A stretch of 64,000 bases of DNA, taken from the NCBI GenBank assembly GCA_043740415.1, contig JAYUCJ010000152.1, positions 2,758 through 66,757 on the forward strand, written 5' to 3'. The translations under genes and the position numbers were made by a program. The notes below the pieces were generated by a model. The model did not search any database, was not told the DNA's origin, and saw only the letters and a program-made list of their open reading frames with translations. Numbering within the stretch: the first letter of the stretch is position 1; every line of letters begins with the position of its first letter. The stretch comes from Polaromonas sp. (GTDB taxonomy: Bacteria; Pseudomonadota; Gammaproteobacteria; Burkholderiales; Burkholderiaceae_C). Below, one piece after another: positions 56,466 to 63,777 of the stretch.

Positions 56466-57386
56466 ATGCGAATTTTAAATTTTTTATACATTACTTCTGC
56501 ATTAACGGTATTGGTTGGTTGTGTATCACCCATACAAACACCAGAAGAGGTTAGTAGAAATAATGACTTATTAGCTACTCAGATATTGCAATCAAAAAGC
56601 AAGAGCAGTCAAACTATACAAAATAAATCTCTCGATAATACTCCAACCATACAAAGGGTATCAGGTATTTACTTTGGATTAGCACTCGATGGTGTATCGC
56701 CAGCTTTTGAGGGTGATATTAAGCGAGTACAAAATTTATTTTTTGACGAAATTGCTAAGGGTCCTAGCTTGCTACTCAGCAATTCCGAAACAAATGAACA
56801 AATATACCCACGTGCGGATTTCAGAACCATCCCAGAGGCAGCAAAGGCTGTAGGGAATTACCGTGTTGAGCCCGATATCGGGTTAACAACACCGGGCCTA
56901 AAAGTGGTAGTTGTTTCATCACACGGCAGAGAAAAGCACTTGCGACTACGTGTAGGAAAAAATCGGATCCAAGGCGAAGTAAGTGATGCTTACCTCTTGA
57001 AACTACTTGCTGATATTGATGGCTCAAGCAAAACTCCTACGCTGTTGATTATTTCAGCCTGCCACTCGGGCTCTTTTATTCCACTTCTTGCTGCGCCCAA
57101 TAGAATTATCATGACGGCAGCAGCCAGTGATAAATTATCATTTGGCTGTGGCACAGATTCTAAAAATACGGCATTTACTGAACACTTACTAGATCAAAAC
57201 ATTGACACGAAATTATCATTGCACAATCTTTTTGATAGTGCTTTAAAACGTATTTCCGATTTTGAAATAAAAATGAAAATCGCAACCTCATCACCACAAA
57301 TATCTGTGGGTGCAAATATGCAGAGATTGTATGAAGCACGCATTGAAGAGTGGGATAAAATTTTAACCAAAGAAAGAAAAGATTAA
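56466..57386 (+). CDS. Lipoprotein, clan-CD cysteine peptidase (C13/legumain-like family)
   Basis: Lipobox LTVLVGC. His-Gly ... Ala-Cys dyad context VVVVSSHG...LLIISACHSGSFIPLL, followed by IMTAAASDKLSFGC as in bacterial C13-family proteins. Confidence 0.65.
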   Translation: MRILNFLYITSALTVLVGCVSPIQTPEEVSRNNDLLATQILQSKSKSSQTIQNKSLDNTPTIQRVSGIYFGLALDGVSPAFEGDIKRVQNLFFDEIAKGPSLLLSNSETNEQIYPRADFRTIPEAAKAVGNYRVEPDIGLTTPGLKVVVVSSHGREKHLRLRVGKNRIQGEVSDAYLLKLLADIDGSSKTPTLLIISACHSGSFIPLLAAPNRIIMTAAASDKLSFGCGTDSKNTAFTEHLLDQNIDTKLSLHNLFDSALKRISDFEIKMKIATSSPQISVGANMQRLYEARIEEWDKILTKERKD

Positions 57387-57396
57387 ATACAAATAG

Positions 57397-57645
57397 TTAA
57401 TTCCAAATTACTGTCCTATAAATGGCGGCAATACTCAATACCGAAATATACCAACCCCTGTCATTGCATCAATAGCGCAAGTATCCGCAAGAGCCCGAAA
57501 CGTGATGCCTAGTAATGATGCTAACGGTGATACCGCGCCATACTGCAACCAATACTCTCACAAAGCAGTTGCGTCTAAAAACGGTGACCGCAACGGTTTA
57601 GGTCAGCAATACAGTTGGGGAACTTGGTGGGATGATACGAATTGA
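57397..57645 (+). pseudogene. Start-less paralogue of GG-leader peptide 2
   Basis: The frame opens right after a TAG: LIPNYCPINGG-NTQYRNIPTPVIASIAQVSARARNVMPSNDANGDTAPYCNQYSHKAVASKNGDRNGLGQQYSWGTWWDDTN. The core is homologous to 58371-58631, but there is no ATG/GTG/TTG or RBS before the GG. Confidence 0.6.
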
Positions 57646-57668
57646 GTTTTTATGTGCATAAATGTGCC

Positions 57669-57714
57669 ACTAGCCGGCGTATTTATTGCCTAGACAGCTA
57701 TATTATTTATAGCA
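57669..57714 (+). repeat. R45 repeat, 24 nt after the peptide-2 paralogue
   Basis: actagccggcgtatttattgcctagacagctatattatttatagca. Confidence 0.85.
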
Positions 57715-57742
57715 AAAATTTCATCTAATATCAAATAAAAAC

Positions 57743-58237
57743 ATGCAGAGTATCGCAAAAATTTACGGTTTTTTAATTTCTAACAAAATTTCATTCCCAA
57801 AATATATCGGCATTGTATTTTTAATAGAATTATTGTCAGCCATATTTCTTGCTTTACTTGTTTTTGTTTTCATTGACATCTTTGATTTAAATTACGCCGC
57901 ATTTCCTGAGCACGATTTATCTTGGGGAACATTTTGGAAGGGAGTCGTTTTTGCACCTACTCTTGAAACCTATTTATTGATTTTAACTTTGCATATTTTG
58001 CGAAGTTTCGACATTCAAGGTTTAAAACTTGCAAGTATTGCTGCCATATTCTGGGGCGCATTACATGGGGTTCAAAGTTGGCCTTGGTTTTTTGCACCTG
58101 CATGGATATTTTTCATCTATTCAACGGCTTACGAAACATGGCGTTTGACATCTTTTAAGAAAGCTTATTTTGCCGCTGCTATTCCGCATGCTCTGAATAA
58201 TTTGGTAGCCCTGTTCGCTAATAGCTACGACATCTAA
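57743..58237 (+). CDS. CPBP/Abi-like intramembrane protein (putative immunity), paralogue 2
   Basis: 164 aa. PTLETYLLI, GALHGV, IPHALNN. Ends ...SYDI. The stop TAA overlaps an ATG (TAATG) that begins a relic of the ABC gene. Confidence 0.65.
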   Translation: MQSIAKIYGFLISNKISFPKYIGIVFLIELLSAIFLALLVFVFIDIFDLNYAAFPEHDLSWGTFWKGVVFAPTLETYLLILTLHILRSFDIQGLKLASIAAIFWGALHGVQSWPWFFAPAWIFFIYSTAYETWRLTSFKKAYFAAAIPHALNNLVALFANSYDI

Positions 58238-58313
58238 TGCGCGTCATCATTCAATCCGAAGCCAGCGAATGCGCGCTGGCTAGTTTGGCTATGGTTTGCA
58301 GTGCGCATGGGCT
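58237..58313 (+). pseudogene. 77-nt duplicate of the 5' end of the C39-ABC exporter gene
   Basis: atgcgcgtcatcattcaatccgaagccagcgaatgcgcgctggctagtttggctatggtttgcagtgcgcatgggct is identical to 59649-59725 except for one base. Homology stops abruptly afterwards. Confidence 0.85.
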
Positions 58314-58370
58314 ATCAGTCAATAAGAGAGTTTTTAAGAAAATAATCTTTATTAATCAAAGGAGGATTTT

Positions 58371-58631
58371 ATGGAGCAACTTAATAAATCAACATTGTCA
58401 TTAATATTGGGGGGCAATAACGTCCCGGGAAAAGTGCCGGCAGCTGTACTCGCATCAATGACGCAAGTATCCAGTAGAGTAAGTGATACATTACGGATTA
58501 TGAATACGCATGACGATGCCGCGCCATACTGCAATCAATATTTACACGTGGCTATTGCTCCAAAAAACGGTGACCGCAACGCCTTGGGGCAGCAATATAG
58601 CTGGGGCACTTGGTGGGATGATACACATTGA
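58371..58631 (+). CDS. Double-glycine-leader peptide 2 (class II microcin/bacteriocin-like precursor)
   Basis: 86 aa. Strong RBS aaaggagg 7 nt upstream. The 15-aa leader MEQLNKSTLSLILGG has hydrophobic residues at -4, -7 and -12. Core ends GQQYSWGTWWDDTH. Confidence 0.75.
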   Translation: MEQLNKSTLSLILGGNNVPGKVPAAVLASMTQVSSRVSDTLRIMNTHDDAAPYCNQYLHVAIAPKNGDRNALGQQYSWGTWWDDTH

Positions 58632-58654
58632 GTTTTTAGAGGCAAGAATATACC

Positions 58655-58700
58655 GTTAGCCGACGTATTTATTGCCTAATATGCTATGAACTTTAATTAT
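58655..58700 (+). repeat. R45 repeat (3' half diverged), 24 nt after peptide 2
   Basis: gttagccgacgtatttattgcctaatatgctatgaactttaattat. Confidence 0.65.
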
Positions 58701-58797
58701 TTTATTTTGTGATGTCACATATTTTTCCACTTGCATTAGCCGCGTAACGATGGTAAATTACTGTCATTAAACACAGTAGTCAACCAAGGTAATTCAC

Positions 58798-59649
58798 ATG
58801 AAAATTCTTCCAACCGATTTCGATGGTCAATCTATCCGCCGCGTGTATGACGAGGACACTGAAATGTGGTGGTTTTCTGTGGTGGACGTGGTGCAGGTGC
58901 TGACGCAGCAGGCTGATGACTTGACGGCTCGCAAGTACTGGAATCAGCTGAAACGCAGGCTTGAGAATGAAGGCAGCCAACTGGTGACAGACTGTCACCA
59001 GTTGAAAATGACAGCGGCAGATGGCAAACAACGCTTAACAGATGCTGCAAGCGCCGAAACTTTGCTGCGTCTCGTTCAATCCGTCCCCAGCCCCAAAGCT
59101 GAACCCATCAAACTGTGGCTAGCTAAAACTGGCTATGAGCGTATGCAAGAAATGGCAGACCCTGCGCTGTCTTTGAATCGTGCCCGCGAAACGTGGGAGC
59201 AACATGGGCGTAGCGACAAATGGATTCAGCAACGGATGACGGGACAGGAAACCCGCAACAAATTGACTGACTATTGGCGTGAGCACGATGTCAAACCTGG
59301 TCAAGAGTTTGCTATTTTGACCAATATCATCCACCAAGCTTGGACAGGCGTAAGCGTCAAAGAGCACAAAACTGCTAAGAATCTGACTAGCCATAACCTG
59401 CGCGACCACATGACTGAAGCAGAGCTTATTTTTACAGCTCTGGCTGAGCTATCTACGCGGCAGATTGCAGAGAACCGCCATGCAACGGGTTTACCCGAAA
59501 ATGCCACGGCCGCCAAAGTGGGTGGCAGTATTGCACGCCAAGCACGTCAGCAGCTAGAAAGCGAAACGAGCAAATCAGTGGTGACTAGCAGCAACTACTT
59601 GCCGCCAAAGAATACTAAGCTTCTCAAGCCCCAAAAACCGTCACCTTAA
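58798..59649 (+). CDS. Bro-N domain protein (DinD / phage antirepressor-like)
   Basis: FDGQSIRRVYDEDTEMWWFSVVDVVQVLT is a Bro-N signature. 283 aa. The stop overlaps the ABC start (TAATG). Confidence 0.7.
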   Translation: MKILPTDFDGQSIRRVYDEDTEMWWFSVVDVVQVLTQQADDLTARKYWNQLKRRLENEGSQLVTDCHQLKMTAADGKQRLTDAASAETLLRLVQSVPSPKAEPIKLWLAKTGYERMQEMADPALSLNRARETWEQHGRSDKWIQQRMTGQETRNKLTDYWREHDVKPGQEFAILTNIIHQAWTGVSVKEHKTAKNLTSHNLRDHMTEAELIFTALAELSTRQIAENRHATGLPENATAAKVGGSIARQARQQLESETSKSVVTSSNYLPPKNTKLLKPQKPSP

Positions 59650-61763
59650 TGCGCATCATCATTCAATCCGAAGCCAGCGAATGCGCGCTGGCTAGTTTGG
59701 CTATGGTTTGCAGTGCGCATGGGCTGCAGGTGGATTTGGCGGATTTGCGGCGGCGGTTTGTGGTGTCTATCAAGGGCGCTACCATGCAGCAGCTGGTGCA
59801 GCATGCGGATGGGCTGAACTTTAGCTCACGCCCGCTGCGGTTGGAGCTGGATGAGCTTAGCCAGCTTCAACGGCCCTGCATTTTGCACTGGGGGCTGAAC
59901 CATTTTGTGGTGTTGGTCAAGGTGCGTAAGAACCACATCGTGATTTACGACCCTGCGGTGGGTGAGCGGCGGGTGGTGATGGAAGATGTGTCGCGGCACT
60001 TCACGGGTATTGCGCTGGAATTAACGCCGAATGCCAGTTTTGAGCCTAGCGACCAGCGACAGCGGGTGTCGCTTGCGGCGCTGACTGGTAAGGTGCTAGG
60101 GCTGAAGCGTTCGATGTTTCAGATATTTGCATTGGCCATGGTGTTGCAGCTTTTTGCCATTGCCGCACCGCTGTTGAACCAGCTGGTGGTGGACGATGCG
60201 ATTGCGACGTATGACAAAGATTTACTCTCGGTGCTGATTGTTGGTTTTGCCTTGCTGATGTTGATTCAGACTTTGCTGGGCTTGGCGCGTAGCTGGATGG
60301 TGATGGCGCTGAGCATGTCGCTTAGCCTGCAGTGGACGAGCAATGTGTTTAGCCACCTGCTGAAGCTGCCGATTGAGTATTTTGAAAAACGGCATTTGGG
60401 CGATGTGGTGTCGCGCTTTGGGTCTGTCAATACGATTCAAAAAACGCTGACAAGCAGCTTGATTGAAGCGGTGCTGGACGGGTTGATGAGCGTTGCCGCA
60501 CTGGGCATGATGCTGCTATATTCGCCGCTTTTGGCCGCCGTGGTAGTGGGCGCGGTAGTTATCTATGCGCTTTTACGCTGGGCGATGTACAAACCTTTTC
60601 GTGATGCGAGTGCGGAGCGTTTAGTGGTAGCTGCTAAAGAGAATACGCATTTTCTAGAGTCGCTTCGCGCCATCACGCCGCTGAAACTCTTTGGGCGTGA
60701 AAACGAGCGCCGCGCACGCTGGCAAAACCTGCTGATTGATGTACAAAACCGCGACATCAAAACCGCCAAAATGGGCATCGCGTTCAGCACGGCAAACACG
60801 TTTATTTCTGGCATTGAAAACTTGGTGGTACTTTGGTTGGGGGCAGGTTTGGCAATGCAAAGCTCGCCACAAGGACAAAGCAGCTTCACCATTGGTATGC
60901 TGTTTGCCTTCATCAGCTACAAAGGGCAGTTTTCTAGCCGCATGGCGACCTTGATTAACTACTTTGTTGAAATCAAAATGCTGGGCTTGCATGCAGAGCG
61001 TTTGGCAGATATTGCGCTGACTGAGCCTGAAAAAGACGCCGTACCTGACAACACGTTGCAGCATCTTGAACCCAAAATTGAACTCAAAAACGTAAGTTTT
61101 CGCTACGGGGAAGGTGAGCCTTGGCTACTGAAAGAAACCAACGTGGTGCTCAACGCCGGGGAAAGCGTGGCGATTGTGGGGGTGAGTGGCTGCGGTAAGA
61201 CGACTTTGTTGAAGCTTATTTTGGGTTTGCAGCAAGTGGTGGAAGGGGAAATTTTGTACGGTGGCATCCCCGTCAAACAACTGGGATTACAAAATTACCG
61301 CAAATTGATTGGTACGGTGATGCAAGAAGATGTTTTACTGGCTGGCAGCATTGCAGAAAATATCAGCTTTTTTGATGTTCACTTTGACATGGAGCGGGTG
61401 CAAACATGTGGTCAACTCGCGGCAGTGCACGACGACATTGCGCGTATGCCTATGGGCTACCAAACTTTGGTGGGGGATATGGGTTCTGCTTTGTCGGGCG
61501 GGCAAAAACAACGTGTTTTGCTAGCCCGCGCTTTGTACAAACAGCCGAAAGTGCTGGCTTTGGATGAAGCGACCAGCCATTTAGACATCACCAATGAGAG
61601 ACGAGTGACACAAACTTTGACGCAAATGAGCTTGACCCGCATCATTGTGGCGCACAGGCCCGAGACGATTGCTGCGGCGCAGCGGGTGATTGCTTTAGAG
61701 AATGGAAAAATAATTGAGTTGCGACCGGCAGCAGCGTTTGAGAGCTTACAAGAAGCGGCATAA
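59649..61763 (+). CDS. Peptidase-C39-domain ABC transporter (PCAT, CvaB-like bacteriocin/microcin exporter)
   Basis: N-terminal C39 domain QSEASECALASLAMVCSAHG (catalytic Cys) ...HFVVL. 6-TM domain. Walker A GVSGCGKTT, signature LSGGQKQR, Walker B VLALDEATSHLD. Confidence 0.9.
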   Translation: MRIIIQSEASECALASLAMVCSAHGLQVDLADLRRRFVVSIKGATMQQLVQHADGLNFSSRPLRLELDELSQLQRPCILHWGLNHFVVLVKVRKNHIVIYDPAVGERRVVMEDVSRHFTGIALELTPNASFEPSDQRQRVSLAALTGKVLGLKRSMFQIFALAMVLQLFAIAAPLLNQLVVDDAIATYDKDLLSVLIVGFALLMLIQTLLGLARSWMVMALSMSLSLQWTSNVFSHLLKLPIEYFEKRHLGDVVSRFGSVNTIQKTLTSSLIEAVLDGLMSVAALGMMLLYSPLLAAVVVGAVVIYALLRWAMYKPFRDASAERLVVAAKENTHFLESLRAITPLKLFGRENERRARWQNLLIDVQNRDIKTAKMGIAFSTANTFISGIENLVVLWLGAGLAMQSSPQGQSSFTIGMLFAFISYKGQFSSRMATLINYFVEIKMLGLHAERLADIALTEPEKDAVPDNTLQHLEPKIELKNVSFRYGEGEPWLLKETNVVLNAGESVAIVGVSGCGKTTLLKLILGLQQVVEGEILYGGIPVKQLGLQNYRKLIGTVMQEDVLLAGSIAENISFFDVHFDMERVQTCGQLAAVHDDIARMPMGYQTLVGDMGSALSGGQKQRVLLARALYKQPKVLALDEATSHLDITNERRVTQTLTQMSLTRIIVAHRPETIAAAQRVIALENGKIIELRPAAAFESLQEAA

Positions 61764-61767
61764 AAAA

Positions 61768-62147
61768 TGTGAAGCTCGCCGATACGCCGGATTTTGTGCG
61801 GCACAACCCGAAAGCTGCGCCGTGACCGTCATTCATCTTGGCCTTGGGTCACCCCAAGGCTCGGTGCTACCTACCCGCCATCTCTCTTAGCGAACCGCCA
61901 AGTGAGACGATTCGGCGAACCTAGTCACCTCTGGATGGCCTATTTGGTATTGCTGCGCGTAGAGATTGCCCGTTTCACCCGCTATGAGTTTCCCCATAGC
62001 GACTCGTCTCTGTTGCTCTGATCCTCACCTTATATCTTTCGACTTTCAGTGGGCAGCCGTTAGCTGCTACGCTGTCCTATGCAGTCCGGACGTTCCTCCA
62101 GTGCTTGGTTTCCCAAATTGCACCAGCGACGGCCTAGCGAGCTTCAC
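61768..62147 (-). ncRNA. rnpB: RNase P RNA, bacterial type A
   Basis: The reverse complement reads GAAGCTCGCTAGG...GGAGGAACGTCCGGACTGCATAGGACAG...CAGAGCAACAGAGAC...GGTGAAACGG...CAAATAGGCC...AGATGAATGACGGTCAC...ACAAAATCCGGCGTATCGGCGAGCTTCAC. This matches the P1/P4 and universally conserved blocks of E. coli M1 RNA. Confidence 0.9.
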
Positions 62148-62153
62148 AGAGGC

Positions 62154-62159
62154 ATTATC
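62154..62159 (-). promoter_or_regulatory. Candidate -10 box (GATAAT with upstream TG) for rnpB
   Basis: Minus strand: cgTGgGATAATgcctctgtGAAGC, about 8 nt upstream of the predicted RNA 5' end. No good -35 at 17-nt spacing. Confidence 0.35.
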
Positions 62160-62206
62160 CCACGCCAAATCCAGTCCATCGTAACTCGTCTTCAGATATC
62201 CACTGC

Positions 62207-62239
62207 TTAGCCATTACTTAGCCATTACTTAGCCATTAC
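62207..62239. repeat. 3 x 11-bp perfect tandem repeat (ttagccattac)
   Basis: ttagccattac repeated three times. Overlaps the stop codon of the dehydrogenase gene. Confidence 0.9.
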
Positions 62240-63537
62240 TTTCCACTCACTCGCCAAATCCTGTTGCCAACATCATCCGCAACCAACAGCGCACCTTGTT
62301 TGTCGATAGCAACACCGACGGGGCGGCCGAGCGCCTTGCCATCGTCACTCAAGAATCCTGTTAAAACGTCAACGGGTAACCCTTTGGGTTTGCCATTTTC
62401 AAAAGGTACAAATATCACTTTATAACCGCTGTGCGGTCGTCTATTCCAGGAACCATGTTGACCAATAAACATGCCCTGCGAGAAGATTGCAGGCAGTTTG
62501 CTACCGGTTGAAAACGCCAGCCCTAGCGATGCAGTATGTGACCCTAAGGCATAGTCCGGTACCAGTGCTTCTGCCACCATCGCAGGCTGTTGCGGTTGAA
62601 CCCTCTGATCAACATGTTGGCCGAAATAACTATACGGCCAACCATAAAAACCACCACTTATGACCGATGTCAGGTAGTCCGGCACCAAATCACTGCCGAG
62701 TTCATCACGTTCATTCACCACCGTCCATAAAGCGCCACTTGTGGGCTCCCATGCCATGCCGTTCGGGTTGCGCAAGCCGGATGCAAACAGTCGATGTGCG
62801 CCGGATTTGATATCGACCTCCCAAATGGCGGCACGCTCAAACTCCGCCTCCATGCCACTTTCGGCGATATTGCTGTTTGAACCTACGGTCACATACAGCT
62901 TGCTGGCATCAGTGCTGGCGATGATGTTTTTGGTCCAATGGTGGTTTATGGGGCCTGCAGGCAAATCCAATAATTTTCTGCCTGCCACTTTGATCTGCGT
63001 ATCACCCGTGGTGTAAGGGAAGCGCAACACCGCATCGGTGTTGGCAACATAAAGTTCGTTGCCAACCAAAGCGATGCCGAAGGGTGAATTCAAGCCGCTC
63101 AAAAACACGGATCGAACATCAGCCACGCCATCGCCATTGGTGTCGCGCAACAAGGTGATGCGGTTCGGGCTTGGAACAGCAGCCCCTGCCACAGACATCA
63201 CCAGCCCGATGACCCAAGACTTGATACCCTTGTTGGCTTGTGCTTTTGGGGGTGCATTAGATTCAGCCACAAGGACATCACCATTTGGCAACACATACAG
63301 CCAACGCGGATGTTCGAGATCAGCTGCAAATGCACCAACGCTGGTGCCTGCTGCCGTGAGTGGCTGAAGACCTGTATTCCAACCTTTGGCAGGTGCGATG
63401 TTCACCGTTGGAATTAGCGACTTACTCGGAGGCGGCAAAGCTGGTTGCGGGCCATAACCCGCTTCAATCGGCAGCTTAGCCAAATCACTGCAAGCGGCAA
63501 GCAAAAATAGCAAGATTCCCATAACGAAGTTCAACAT
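62236..63537 (-). CDS. PQQ-dependent sugar (sorbosone/glucose) dehydrogenase-family protein
   Basis: Signal/lipobox LLFLLAAC. Beta-propeller motifs [12 protein letters not shown]...NERDELG.DLVPDY...GGFYGWPY. Confidence 0.75.
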   Translation of the reverse strand: MLNFVMGILLFLLAACSDLAKLPIEAGYGPQPALPPPSKSLIPTVNIAPAKGWNTGLQPLTAAGTSVGAFAADLEHPRWLYVLPNGDVLVAESNAPPKAQANKGIKSWVIGLVMSVAGAAVPSPNRITLLRDTNGDGVADVRSVFLSGLNSPFGIALVGNELYVANTDAVLRFPYTTGDTQIKVAGRKLLDLPAGPINHHWTKNIIASTDASKLYVTVGSNSNIAESGMEAEFERAAIWEVDIKSGAHRLFASGLRNPNGMAWEPTSGALWTVVNERDELGSDLVPDYLTSVISGGFYGWPYSYFGQHVDQRVQPQQPAMVAEALVPDYALGSHTASLGLAFSTGSKLPAIFSQGMFIGQHGSWNRRPHSGYKVIFVPFENGKPKGLPVDVLTGFLSDDGKALGRPVGVAIDKQGALLVADDVGNRIWRVSGK

Positions 63538-63577
63538 CGATACACCTTGCCGCCATCAGCTCGACGCATGCAAAACC

Positions 63578-63736
63578 TCATAGTCGCCCCATCACCAGCA
63601 GTACCACGACGATGAGCACGATCAGCCCAATACCACCACTGGGGCCATAGCCCCAACTCTTGCTGTGGGGCCAGCTAGGCAGTGCGCCAACCAGTATCAA
63701 GATCAAAACAATCAACAGTATGGTTCCTAAGCTCAT
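63578..63736 (-). CDS. DUF3309-family small membrane protein
   Basis: 52-aa ORF not in the supplied track: MSLGTILLIVLILILVGALPSWPHSKSWGYGPSGGIGLIVLIVVVLLVMGRL. RBS-like aggagaaaatc upstream. Confidence 0.7.
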   Translation of the reverse strand: MSLGTILLIVLILILVGALPSWPHSKSWGYGPSGGIGLIVLIVVVLLVMGRL

Positions 63737-63777
63737 GATTTTCTCCTAAGGGTTGAGGCGTGTTTACTTATGCAAAT

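Noticed and set aside
2309-58700. R45 repeats considered as a possible CRISPR array
   Set aside because: The copies are scattered at irregular intervals of 0.4-12 kb and occur in both orientations, many of them inside genes. There are no regularly spaced spacers and no cas genes.
58798-59649. Bro-N gene as evidence for a prophage
   Set aside because: No capsid, tail, terminase, integrase or repressor genes are nearby. It is an isolated gene within the peptide-export island.
61794-62184. Two 72-75-aa plus-strand ORFs downstream of the ABC exporter
   Set aside because: The region is the reverse complement of a clear type-A RNase P RNA. The ORFs are fortuitous.
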